DNA from: Leucoraja ocellata
Lineage: Eukaryota
Assembly: GCA_036785375.1 (NCBI GenBank)
Contig: JAWMAR010000359.1
Coordinates: 1,240,001 to 1,304,000, forward strand
Reading direction: 5' to 3'
DNA: 64,000 nucleotides
In this document: positions 34,660 through 46,407 of the stretch, in pieces
Layout of the letters: the number at the start of each line of letters is the position of its first letter
How positions within the stretch are numbered: position 1 is the first letter of the stretch
Made by a program: the position numbers and the translations under genes
The notes under the pieces: model-generated
What the model was told of the DNA's origin: nothing
The model's input: the letters and a program-made list of their open reading frames with translations, nothing else
Database searches by the model: none

Positions 34660-34848
34660 CCCCTCGATAAAATCAACACAGGAGCACCTCAAGGCTGCGT
34701 GCTCCGTCCCCTGCTCTATTCTCTCCATGCCCATGATGGGGTAGCTGGACACTATTACAATGCCATCTTTAAATTAGGGAGCGATATTACCGTTGTTGGC
34801 AAAATATTGGGCAACGGTGAGTCAGAACATAGGAGAGAAATTGCTAAG
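34660..34848 (+). mobile_element. Rex1/Babar RT core fragment
   Basis: TGAPQGCVLRPLLYSL and ESEHRREI remnants. Confidence 0.65.
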
Positions 34849-34989
34849 GTCATAATGCCATAAGGGGTAGGAGTAGAATTAGGCCATTTGGACCATTAGG
34901 TTTACTCCGCCATTCAATCATGGCTATCTCTCTCCCTCCTAGCCCCATTCTCCTGCCTTCTCCCCATAATCTGATTGAACAATGCCAGA

Positions 34990-34994
<5 letters not shown>

Positions 34995-35033
<39 letters not shown>
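34995..35033. repeat. (CT)n microsatellite
   Basis: About 19 CT units. A similar tract lies at 61206-61234. Confidence 0.95.
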
Positions 35034-35036
<3 letters not shown>

Positions 35037-35167
35037 GTTAACAAGACAAAGGCGCAGATTGTTGTCTACAGTAAGGGAATGCCAGGGATCATTGGTTAGA
35101 TTTAACCACAAATAATGCACAGGCATCGCAGACAGAAATTTGTGTTTCATTCCGGCCGTAATTCCAA

Positions 35168-36075
35168 ATAACCATATATAACCATATAACAATTACAGCA
35201 CGGAAACAGGCCATCTCGACCCTTCTAGTCCGTGCCGAACACGTATTCTCCCCTAGTCCCATATACCTGCGCTCAGACCATAACCCTCCATTCCTTTCCC
35301 GTCCATATAACTATCCAATTTATTTTTAAATGATAAAAACGAACCTGCCTCCACCACCTTCACTGGAAGCTCATTCCACACAGCCACCACTCTCTGAGTA
35401 AAGAAGTTCCCCCTCATGTTACCCCTAAACTTCTGTCCCTTAATTCTCAAGTCATGTCCCCTTGTTTGAATCTTCCGATTCAGATTCAATTTCAGATTCA
35501 ATTTAATTGTCATTGTCAGTGTACAGTACAGAGACAACGAAATGCATTCCTTACTCTCAGTGGGAAAAGCTTATCCACGTCAACTCTGTCTATCCCTCTC
35601 ATCATTTTAAAGACCTCTATCAAGTCCCCCCTTAACCTTCTGCGCTCCAAAGAATAAAGCCCTAACTTGTTCAACCTTTCTCTGTAACTTAGTTGCTGAA
35701 ACCCAGGCAACATTCTAGTAAATCTCCTCTGTACTCTCTCTATTTTGTTGACATCCTTCCTATAATTAGGCGACCAAAATTGTACACCATACTCCAGAAT
35801 TGGCCTCACCAATGCCTTGTACAATTTTAACATTACATCCCAACTTCTATACTCAATGCTCTGATTTATATAGGCCAGCACACCAAAAGCTTTCTTTACC
35901 AAAAAAATCGACTTCATTATCCACAACCCCACCTATCTTAGTGTCATCTGCATACTTACTAATCCAATTTACCACACCATCATCCACATCTTTGATGTAC
36001 ATGACAAACAACCGTGGACCCAACACAGATCCCTGTGGCACCCCACTAGTCACTGGCCTCCAACCTGACAAACAA
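35168..36075 (-). mobile_element. CR1 RT to 3' end ((TATATGGT)n tail), with a short LINE-tail insertion at about 35478-35548 and an internal deletion
   Basis: [60 protein letters not shown]. Confidence 0.88.
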
Positions 36076-36999
36076 CCGGAAATTGGAACCATGTAATAGG
36101 AAGTACCCAGCAGTACACCTATTAGAGTAAAAATGACATTTAACCTAAACTGATAATGGATCAAATTTAAAAAATCCAAAATAAAAATAAATATATGAAT
36201 GCTTACTCCAGTTACTTTGGATTTCCAGACACAGCTTCGATCAGAGCAGTTTTGTGCTGCCTCCTGCAGTAGACGTGCAGAAGTACTGAAGGCAGCTTTC
36301 TTTCCTCGCGTATATTAAGTTATTTTGCCTTCCATTCACTTTTGGCTGCTACTGTATAGTTAATATTGCATTTTAAAACATTATCTTTCAGTTTCTGAGC
36401 TAACTTTCTGCTCATTGTGGTTGGTATGTTGGTTTTCCTTGAAATAAGATTACATCACTGTGAATGAATAAAGAGATGAAGGGAGAAACACGAACATAGT
36501 TTGAAAGGGCCCAAGATAAATTTCTATATCTCAAGCGTAAACCACATAATATTTCAAGTCTAAATGCATGCAAAGAAAATACAGTGTGGAATAAATAAAG
36601 AATCAATAGCACCTCATTTTCCATTGAATTTGTACTGTGCCATTCTAGGTGATTGGCATTCCACTGACATCAACATTCTGCAAGTCAAGCATTGCATGCT
36701 GGTTAAATACAGGTGTGTTTTTCCCTGACAGATCATAAATGCAAGCAAAAGCAATAAATCTGGAAATAGTTTCATTTCAAGTGTTGAATAATTGCCTTTG
36801 CAAATTTCCTGTGTGTTTTAACCCGCATCAATATCGAACCACTGTTAAATTCCACAAAGCCACTTCCTGAAGCACGCTAGTAATATTTTGTTCACCACAC
36901 TGCCCACAGTAATTGTACTGGAAATTCTCGGAACACGGTTGAGGAGGAACAAATGTTTAGTAACATTTTGCTCTCTGATTATCACAAATTCACATTCTG

Positions 37000-37365
37000 A
37001 AAAGCATTTGACGGCACTGGGCCTCTACTCGCTGGAGTTTAGAAGGTTGAGGGGGGGGGGACACCTCATTGAAACTTACAGAATAATGAAAGGCATACAT
37101 AGAGTGGGTGTGGAAAGGATGTTTCCACTGGTGGGAGAGTCTAGGATCAGAGGTCATAACCTCAGAATTAAGAAAGGAGGTGAGGAAGATCTTATTTAAT
37201 CAGATGGTAGTTAATCTAAGGCAGAGATAGACACATTTTTGATTAGAACGGGTGTCAAGGGTTATGGGGAAAAGGCAGGAAAGTGAGATTAGGAGGCAGA
37301 GATTCTTGGCGGTGCAGACTGAATGGGTTGAATGGCCAAATTCTACTCTTATAAATTGTGAACTT
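37000..37365 (+). mobile_element. CR1 3' fragment
   Basis: LGLYSLEFRRLRG..LIETYRIMKG and 3' UTR. Confidence 0.75.
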
Positions 37366-39572
37366 GTGAAAATAAAATGATTTGCCTTCTTTGAATAGAT
37401 GGAAGAGAAGGCTGGCAGCAGGGGCACCGACTATAATCTTTTCACACAATCTTTAGATTATGGTGCGTGAGGATGGAGGGAGACAACCATCGCTAAATTC
37501 TGCGATAAAGCTCAGCCACAACAGATCAGTTGTGAAAAGGTTCGATGCGACATCAGTCTGAGACGGGACTCTCCTATTCTCTGCAGGGAAATGAACTAAG
37601 GCCTTCAGCAATGATCTGTTAAGGGAACTGTGTTTTCCAATGCACCAAAAGGTAGAGTTGATGAGGGTAAGCAGCTGGTGTGGTGTAAATGGACTTCCAG
37701 AAGGATGCTGAAAAGGTGCCACATTAGAGTATCGTCAGCAAAGTTGAGGCACAGTGCACAAAAGAAACATTGCCAACATAGATATGAAGCTGACCAGGTA
37801 GCCAGTCAAAGACAGGAACCATAAGGGCACAAAATGCTGGAGTAACTCAGTGGGTCAGGCAGTATCTCTGAGAAGCACAGATGGATGACATTTCAAACCT
37901 ATCCATGTTCTGCTGAGATGATTTTTGACCCAATCTGAGTTAGTCCAGTACTTTGGGTCACCTTTGTAAATCAGCGTCTGCTGTTCCTTGCATCCACAAG
38001 AGCAGGAGGAGGATGTATAATGGAGTTCCTCATGGATTGGCTTTGGGGCTATTAAAAAACTCAATATTAATGATCTTGACTTGGACCTGAAAACCATATA
38101 CTGAATGTGCAGACAGGAGAATACTTGGCATTTTTCAACTGCTGGGGGATTAGTGATGAATTACAACAAGATATATGGACAGGCTCAGGAACGGATATAA
38201 ACATGGCAGATAAAGTTGAATTTGCAGAAAAAGGCGAGGTGATGCATTCTTCTTATCGAGTCCACACACAAGATTAGATGTTGTTGAGCCAGAGCTGAAC
38301 ACACTTCTCGGCATCTGCATACAATGGTGTCTGTCTTGTCGCTTCTTGTGGAAAGATTGGTGAAAACAGGGCCGCAACGTGAACGCTCTTCCCTTGACCC
38401 CAGGTGATGCATTTGGGTAATGAGAAGCAATATTAAAAAAAACAAGACTGTTCCTAAAGAGATAAAAGAACAGTATAGGGTGACCTGGGGATATGTGTGC
38501 ATACATCATCGATAGTGGTAGGACATGTTTGATAAAGCAGTTAAAGGAATGTACAATTCTCCGCTTTATCAGACAAAAATTATAAAAGCAGGGGCATCGT
38601 TACAGGCCTTTATACAACACTGGGCTGGCCTTACCTGGAATATTGTGTCCAATTCTAAGTCACTGCATTATAGGAAGGGCATGAGGGGTTTCGTGGGGGT
38701 CCAGAAATGGACCCCCACGAAAATTGTTCCTGAGATGAGCAATAGCAAATACATGGATGGATCTAAAAGAATAGGACTACATTCTTTGGACATAAAGAGG
38801 AGATCTGATAAAAGTGCATACAATGATGAAGTGCCATATATAGTAAGAGGTTCCTCCTTGGTCATGGACTAAAGATCACTAGTATAAAAGACAGAGCAGC
38901 AGAATTGAGAATGATGAGTGAAAATGTTATATGCAACATGTGATAACGTCTGGAATACAATCTGGCTTTCATGACAGAATTTACAGTCTGCCATATTTCT
39001 GACATAAGAGGAGGCCATTTCAACCCATTATGTCTGTCAGCTCCTAGAGTGATCTCATGCCCAATTAACCAGGTCAGGGAGGAACTTGCAAGTTGCTAAG
39101 GTAGAGAGCAATCATGAATGTGAAGGACCAAATGAGCCCCTTCTGTGCTGTGACCATTCTACTCATCTCTGTTATTTCCATGATTGATCCACAAACCCAT
39201 TGAAATGGAAGCAGGAAAGACCATGAATGAGTCTTGTCATAACTCACACACCAAAGTATTGGTTATTCTGCCTTCGGGACTAGTAATGTAATATCACAGC
39301 TATGTAATACACTTAGGTTGAAGCGTAGAAAACATTTCGCAAATAACTCAACATTTTTCTTTCATGTTATAGAATAGCATAACTTTGAAACTATAGCCCC
39401 AGTTTTGCAGCTGGAAAACTGTGATATGTAATCTTGGCGTGGAAACTTATTGATAACTGACCATTCAAGAAAATGCTGAAGCTTTTGAGATCTGCACAAG
39501 AAATTGTTCCTTTTTTGTCACAGCCGCACTTTCAGGGGGCTGAACCAAGGACATTCCAAAGTTATTCGGAAT

Positions 39573-39701
39573 GGGTCGGGTACTTTTCGACGTTGCCATT
39601 TCGGCGCCGCTGTTTCGGCGCCTCCGTTTATAATATCTGTACTAACCCTAACCCTGTTAAATGGCGGCACCGAAACGGCGGCGCCAAATGGTACCATTCC
39701 G
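39573..39701. mobile_element. 129-bp fold-back MITE with a 9-bp direct flank (Mutator/foldback-like)
   Basis: Flanked on both sides by ATTCGGAAT (39564-39572, 39702-39710). Inverted arms built from tttcggcgcc units. Loop contains ctaaccctaaccct. Confidence 0.7.
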
Positions 39702-40610
39702 ATTCGGAATTGCTGTAAAATGTGTTACACAAAGTGCCGATGAGTTTTTAAATGGTAAACTATGCCGTAAATGTTTTGTCGAATCACACTCACCTTGCAG
39801 AGAAAAGCCAAGCTCTTTGTGGGCTGTATTGTCTTCAGACAAATATTTAATCCTCAAAGAATTTCATATGAAAACATTGGTATTTATTTGTGGCAATTCA
39901 GCTTTGTGCTCATTCTAAACTTAATTTGGCCTGCTGCAAAATAGTTAGAAATGCTTGCAAAAATTTATTTTTCTTCTATGATTTCTGTTTAAGACTTTTT
40001 TTGAAGATGATTGGCCACTGTCACCTTGAAGACATCAATGTTGCTGGATGTTAGAAAACCTGCCATGATGACATGGTCCTACATCATTAAAAGCAATATA
40101 TTGAAGAATACTGGATCCTAATGGATACCCTTCTTCAAAATCAACAACAAGCTTTACCAGTTAGCCGTTCACCATATAATCCAGGTCATTAAAGTTTCTC
40201 GTCTGAAGAAGGGTCCAGACCCAAAATGTCATCTATTCCTTTTCTCCAGAGATGCTTCCTGAACCGCTGTGTTACTCCAGCATTTTGTGTCTATAGTTGG
40301 TATAAACCACCATCTGCAGTTCCTTCCTGCACATTAAAGTTTTCTGAAAGCTTTCCTCCCCCTTCTCCATACCCTCCTTGGAAGAGAGATCTAAGCAAGT
40401 GCTTGAATAAATTAAAACCATGGTAATTTGCAAATGAATTAAACTAAGAAATAAACAATAAGACATTTTACCAATAAAACAAAGAAGCCAGAAAGACGAG
40501 CCTGACGAAACATTGCCTTGGCATTGCTTATGCAAACAAAATTGCCAGAAAAGATGATTAGCCCTCTCAAAATCAACCAAAATTGGACAAAACATTTTCG
40601 CATTACTCAC

Positions 40611-40664
40611 CAGGCGGTTTTCATCGAAGACTTCAAACAGCAGCCTGTGATTTTGGGGATTGAC
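40611..40664 (-). CDS. NEDD4L: NEDD4-family C2-domain exon ([18 protein letters not shown])
   Basis: ttacag|GTC...CTG|gtgagt, 54 nt, phase 0/0. Matches the recalled NEDD4L [18 protein letters not shown]. Confidence 0.92.
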
Positions 40665-40759
40665 CTGTAATTTATGTAATTAATATTACTGCTCAGACAA
40701 TATCACACTTTTCTCACTTGCCATTTTCAACACAAACTCAAATATTGACACGCATATTT

Positions 40760-40940
40760 CCTCCCATCCATCAGCCCTCGGGTTCCTCCACCTCCTTTTT
40801 CCTTTCTTCTCCCCGCCCCCACCCCCCAACCCCCCCATCAGTCTGAAGAAGGGTTTTGGCCCGAAACGTTGCCTATTTCTTTCGCTCCATAGATGCTGCT
40901 GCACCCGCTGAGTTTCTCCAGCATTTTTGTGTACCTTCCA
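40760..40940 (+). mobile_element. Short Penelope 3'-end copy with an intact hammerhead core (40843-40870)
   Basis: Near-identical to 45150-45320. CUGAAGA-A-GGGU(UUUG)GCCC-GAAAC-GUU. Confidence 0.8.
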
Positions 40941-41039
40941 CAATATTATTTATTGTTTTGCACTCCACCTAGTGGCAGTATTAAGGAGCTACCGTCAACG
41001 GTTCCATAAAAGATTCCGTGTGCTCTTGTCCTTCTATTA

Positions 41040-42537
41040 ATGCAAGTGCCATTATATTGCTGTACAAGAAGGGAGCAAAGCAGAAGAGTGCGAACTATAG
41101 CCTGACTTCAGTAGTTGGTAAGATTTTAGAATTCATTATAAAGGATACGTTTTCGAAGTGATGATAAAATAGGCCAGTCAGCATGGTTTTGTAAAGGGGA
41201 GATCTTGCCTGACGAATCTGGCTGGAATTCATTGACAAAGTAAATAGCAGGAAAGACAAAGAAGAGTCTGTGGATGTTGTTCATCTAGATTTTCTGAAGA
41301 TTTTCACATTTGACAAGGCGTCGAACGTGAGGCTGCTAAAGAAGATGAGAGCCCATGGTATCAAAGGGAAAATACTAGCATGGACCGCAGGTTGGCTAGA
41401 TGGCAGAAGGCAAAGAATAGCTATAATTGGGGCTTTTACTGGTTAGCTGCCAGTGACTAGCAGAGTTCCACAGGGGTCGGTGCTGGGGCCGCTACTCTTC
41501 ACGTTATACATGAATCATTTGGATGAGGAGACTAAAGGCTTTGTGGCCAAGTTTGCAGATGATATGAAGATAGGTGGAGTAGCAGGTTGTGTAGAAAAAG
41601 CAGGGACTCTGCAGAAGGACTTGGACATGTTGGAAGAGTGGGCAGATGGAATACAGTGCAGCCAAGGGTGGAGCCATGCATTTTGGTAGCAGGAGTAAAG
41701 GCGTAGGCTATTTTCTAAATGGGGAGAGAATTCAAAAATCGGAGGTGCAAAGGTATTTGGGAGTGCTGATGCAGGATCCCCAAAATGTTAATTAGCAAGT
41801 CGAATCGGTAAGGAAAGCAAACACAATTCCAGCAGTTATTTAAAGAGGACTAGAATACAAAAACAGGGATGTCATGCTGAGGCTTTATAAGGCACTGATC
41901 AGACTGCATTTGGAGTATTGTGAACAATTTCAAGGTTTCAAGGTCAAGGTGAGTTTATTGTCACATGTACCAATTAAGGTACAGTGACATTTTGGGCCCC
42001 AAATCTGAGGAAGGATGTGCTGGTGCTGGAGATGGTCCAGAGGTGATTTATGAGAATGATCCCAGCAATGAGTGGGTTAACATATGATGAACGTTTGACA
42101 GCACTGGGCCACCAACCGCTGGAGTTTAGAAGAATGAGGGGGGAACCTCATTGAAATGTACTGAATAGTGAAAGGCCTGGATAGAGTGGATGTGGAGAAG
42201 ATGTTTCCACTAGTGGGAGAGTCGAGGATGGGAGGTCATAGCCTCAAAATTAAAGGACTTTCCATTAGGAAGGATATGAGGAGGAATTTCTTTAGTCAGA
42301 GGGTGGTGAATCTGTGGAATTCATTGCCACAGAAGGTTATGGAGACCAAGTCAATCGATATTTTTAAACCAGAGATAGATAGATTCTTGATTAGTACGGG
42401 TGTCAGTGGTTATGGGAAAAAGGCAGGGGAAGATAGAGGGAAATGTAAGATAAGAGGGAAAGATAGATCAGGCCTGCTGGAATGGTCAGCCGTCTTGATG
42501 AACCGAATGGCCTAATTCTGCTCCTATACTTATGAAC
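41040..42537 (+). mobile_element. Decayed CR1 RT to 3' end
   Basis: [33 protein letters not shown] short foreign LINE tail is inserted at about 41928-41988. Confidence 0.85.
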
Positions 42538-43004
42538 ACTCAATTATTTGTTCACTGACCCCCAGTAACCAACATTGCTGTGATGTTATTTATAAGAGTG
42601 TTTTTTTTTTAAACTCTTTTCACCCTTGGTCATTGTTTTCAGCAAAGATTTCTACCTTTTGCACCTCCTTGCTCACCTCCTTAATTTTAGGTAGACTTCC
42701 CATTATTACCCTGCCTTAACTGTATCCATGCTTCTTTATCCTATCAAATTTAACCTGTTTAATTTTTACAAATTCAGGTTACCCCAATTAATCTTTCAAC
42801 ATTTATATTTGTGCCAAAGTACTTCTCTTGCCTTTTAAAAATTAATTGAAAATATGGTCCTCATCTTTTAGTTTTCATTTCTGACGTATCTAGAATTTAA
42901 TGATATGCTATGCATGCTCAACTCAGTTTGGCTTAGGTTTTGATTTTCATGAAGCAATAGACAAAATTGTGATAATAAATGTCCTTTGTATCCTTTGCAC
43001 AAAA

Positions 43005-43485
43005 GACAATAGGTGCATGAATAGGCCATTCGGCCCTTCGAGCCGGCACCGCCATTCAATGTGATCATCCCCAATCAGTACCCCGTTCCTGCCTTCTCCC
43101 CATATTCCCTGACTCCGCTATCTTTAAGAGCCCTATATAGGTCTCTCTTGAAAGTACCCAGAGAACCGGCCTCCACCGCCCTCTGAGGCAGAGGATTCCA
43201 CACTCACAACTCTCTGTGAGAAAAAGTGTTTCCTCGTCTCCGTTCTAAATGGCTTACCCCTTATTCTTAAAACTGTGACCCCTGGTTCTGGACTCCCTCA
43301 ACATCGGGAACATGTTTCCTGCCTCTAGCTTGTCCAAGCCCTTAATAATCTTATACGTTTCAATAAGATATCCTCTCATCCTTCTAAACTCCAGAGTGTA
43401 CAAGTCCAGCTGCTCCATTCTCTCAGCATATGACAGTTCCGCCATCCCGGGAATGAACCTTATAAACCTACGCTGCACTCCCTCA
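43005..43485 (-). mobile_element. CR1 3' fragment
   Basis: LYTLEFRRMRGYLIETYKI, with a (TATTGTC)-type tail. Confidence 0.85.
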
Positions 43486-43650
43486 AAGCATTTTCAAAAC
43501 TCAAAACTAATTGTTTAAATTGAAACAATCCAGGCCATTCACGTCCTCACAACCTATAATAAAATTAATGCTCAGCCATCAAGTGGAATTAGTCCACAAA
43601 GCACTTAGCACTGGAAGATAAAGCCAAATGAACAGCTTCAAGAGTAAGCC

Positions 43651-45108
43651 TTGGTTAAATCCCTCCCTACCTATGTCCAAGACACCTCAGACACTCTCCG
43701 TCGTCTCCGCGCATTCAATTCTCTAGGCCCTCACCCCCTCATCTTCACCATGGACGTCCAATCACTATACACCTCCATCCCCCACCACGATGGTCTCACA
43801 GCCCTCCGGTTCTTCCTCGACCAGAGAAGCAACCCATACCCAGCCACTGACACTCTCCTCCGCCTAGCGGAGCTGGTCCTTACCCTCAATAACTTCGAGT
43901 TCGACTCCTCCCACTTCCTCCAAATACAAGGCGTAGCTATGGGCACACGCATGGGCCCCAGCTATGCCTGCCTATTTGTAGGTTACGTCGAACAATCCTT
44001 GTTCAATACATACCAGGGCCCCATCCCCAACCTCTACCTCCGCTACATCGACGACTGCTTTGGTGCCACCTCCTGCACCCGCACACAACTGACTGACTTC
44101 ATCCACTTCACCACTAATTTCCACCCGGCACTGAAATACACCTGGACCATCTCCGACACTTCCCTACCATTCCTTGACCTCACTATCTCCATTGCAGGTG
44201 ATAGACTTCTAACCGACATACACTACAAACCCACTGACTCCCATGGCTATCTGGACTACACTTCTTCCCACCCTGCTTCCTGTAAGGACTCCATCCCCTA
44301 CTCCCAATTCCTCCGTCTACGTCGCATCTGCTCCACGGATGAGGCGTTCCACACCAGGACATCTGAAATGTCCTCACTATTCAGGGAACGGGGGTTCCCC
44401 TCCTCCACCATAAATGAGGCTCGTACCAGGGTCTCTTCCATACCCCGCAACACTGCTCTCTCTCCCCATCCCCGCACTCGCAACAAGGGCCGAGTCCCCC
44501 TAGTCCTCACCTTTCACCCCACCAGCCGTCACATACAAAAAATAATCCTCCGTCAGTTTCGCCACCTCCAACGTGACCCCACTACTAGCCACATCTTCCC
44601 ATCTCCCCCCATATCTGCCTTCCGCAAAGACCGCTCCCTCCATAACTCCCTTGTCAATTCTTCCCTTCCCTCTCGGTCCACCCCCTCCCCGGGCACTTTC
44701 CCTTGCGGCCGCAGCAGATGCAACACTTGTCCCTTTACCTCCCCCCTCAACTCCTTTCAGGGACCCAAGCAATCGTTCCAGGTGCGACAGAGGTTTACCT
44801 GCATCTCTTCCAACCTCATCTATTGCGTCCGCTGCTCTAGATGTCAGCAGATCTATATCGGTGAGACCAAGCGGAGGTTGGGCGATCGTTTCGCCGAACA
44901 CCTCCGCTCGGTCCGCAATAACCTAGCTGACCTCCCGGTGGCTCAGCACTTCAACTCCCCCTCCCACTCCGTCTCCGACCTCTCTGTCCTGGGTCTCCTC
45001 CATGGCCACAGTGAGCAGCACCGGAAATTGGAGGAACAGCACCTCATATTCCGTTTGGGGAGTCTGCACCCCGGGGGCATGAACATCGACTTCTCCCAAT
45101 TCTGTTAG
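43651..45108 (+). CDS. Penelope RT-GIY-YIG polyprotein, partial but uninterrupted (485 aa)
   Basis: MDVQSLYTSIP, QGVAMG, YLRYIDD, CGRSRCNTC, IYCVRC..IYIGETKRRLGDRFAEH. Highly similar to 18793-20538. Confidence 0.9.
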   Translation: MVKSLPTYVQDTSDTLRRLRAFNSLGPHPLIFTMDVQSLYTSIPHHDGLTALRFFLDQRSNPYPATDTLLRLAELVLTLNNFEFDSSHFLQIQGVAMGTRMGPSYACLFVGYVEQSLFNTYQGPIPNLYLRYIDDCFGATSCTRTQLTDFIHFTTNFHPALKYTWTISDTSLPFLDLTISIAGDRLLTDIHYKPTDSHGYLDYTSSHPASCKDSIPYSQFLRLRRICSTDEAFHTRTSEMSSLFRERGFPSSTINEARTRVSSIPRNTALSPHPRTRNKGRVPLVLTFHPTSRHIQKIILRQFRHLQRDPTTSHIFPSPPISAFRKDRSLHNSLVNSSLPSRSTPSPGTFPCGRSRCNTCPFTSPLNSFQGPKQSFQVRQRFTCISSNLIYCVRCSRCQQIYIGETKRRLGDRFAEHLRSVRNNLADLPVAQHFNSPSHSVSDLSVLGLLHGHSEQHRKLEEQHLIFRLGSLHPGGMNIDFSQFC

Positions 45109-45224
45109 TCCTTGCTGTCTCCTCTCCTTCCTCAGCTCCCCTGCTGTCTCCTCCCACCCTCCAGCCTTCCGGCTACTCCTCCTTTTCCCTTTCTTGTCCC
45201 CACCCACCCCCACCCCTGATCAGT

Positions 45225-45252
45225 CTGAAGAAGGGTTTCGGCCCGAAACGTT
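45225..45252 (+). ncRNA. Minimal hammerhead ribozyme core in the Penelope 3' region
   Basis: CUGAAGA-A-GGGU(UUCG)GCCC-GAAAC-GUU with the palindromic AACGUU in place of stem III. Confidence 0.65.
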
Positions 45253-46368
45253 GCCTATTTCCTTCGCTCCATAGATGCTGCTGCACCCGCTGAGTTTCTC
45301 CAGCTTTTCTGTGTAACCTACGATTCTCCAGCATCTGCAGTTCCCTCTTAAACAGCTTCAAGAGTAATGTCATCTGTCATGACTGGTCTTTATTCCATTC
45401 CTATGTAGAAAGGTAGCGTGGAGGAGTTGCTGCAGCATTGACCACAATGATGATCAACAACAACAAAAAAATCAGGAATTTGAAGAAAGAACCAAACATG
45501 GGTCCTCTAGTTTGGAATCACTCCAGGGTCACTTCACAACTCCAACTGGATACCAAACCATTATGGACTTTACATTACCACGGTTGCTGTACATACAAGT
45601 TTTGGGCTAGTTTACTGATTATTTATTGTATATTTAATGTTGTGCTGCATCTAATGTGCCTATAAAGCTGTAGCATGTAAGAATGGAATTGTTCAAGAAG
45701 GAACTGCAGATGCTGGAAAATCAAAGGTGGACAAAATGTAATTGTTATGGTTCATATCCAGTGCAAATGGTAAATTAACACTCATTGTTCTTAATATTGT
45801 CCAATGTTGAATCAAGCTGAATCAAATTGAACATTTTGCTGTTTTAAATTGACCAGCAAAATGATGACTTTTGCCAATGATGGAGCAGAACTTCTAAACT
45901 GAATGATATGTTATTGATTCAAATTGTCACCAAAATATACAATATTTAGTTTAGTTTATTGTCACCTGCACTGAAATGCAGTGAAAAGCTTCTTTGTTCT
46001 CTCAAGTGTCGACACTGATGTAAAGATTTTCCAACATTGACTGGTTTTCATTCAACTGAGTTGCTTAGATTGAAAAAAAATCTGGTAGACAAAAGTGCTG
46101 GAGAAACTCAGCATGTGAGGCAGCATCTCTGGAGCGATGGAAATAGGCAACATTTCGGGCGAAAACCCTTCCTCATTTTTGTTTAGGATTTTGGTGATCT
46201 AATTGGATTTTTTAATTTTCACTGTGGCATTTCAACAAACTTTGTCTGCATCATTAAGCATTGTGTTTATCATTCTAGAGCTATTATATAGCCACAAAAT
46301 GAACACGTATACAGAGTCAGTCATTTATTGCCAAAAGAAAAATAATGAAGAGCTTTATTATCACTTAC

Positions 46369-46407
46369 CCTGAAAAGGAATTCTTCATTCCATTTTGGAT
46401 TCAGTGA
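46369..46407 (-). CDS. NEDD4L: NEDD4-family C2-domain exon ([13 protein letters not shown])
   Basis: ttttcttttgcag|TCA...AGG|gtaagt, 39 nt, phase 0/0. Joins in frame to the 40664 exon. Recalled human sequences: NEDD4L [13 protein letters not shown], NEDD4 [13 protein letters not shown]. Confidence 0.9.

Larger units (their letters stand above)
43648..45354 (+). mobile_element. Penelope-like retroelement (Neptune-type), 5'-truncated, with a 17-bp target-site duplication
   Basis: AACAGCTTCAAGAGTAA at 43631-43647 and 45351-45367. RT-GIY-YIG ORF, hammerhead core, 3' end catctgcagttccctcttaaaca. Confidence 0.95.

Noticed and set aside
39642-39655. Interstitial telomere or chromosome fusion scar
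   Set aside because: Only about two units, enclosed within a small fold-back element.
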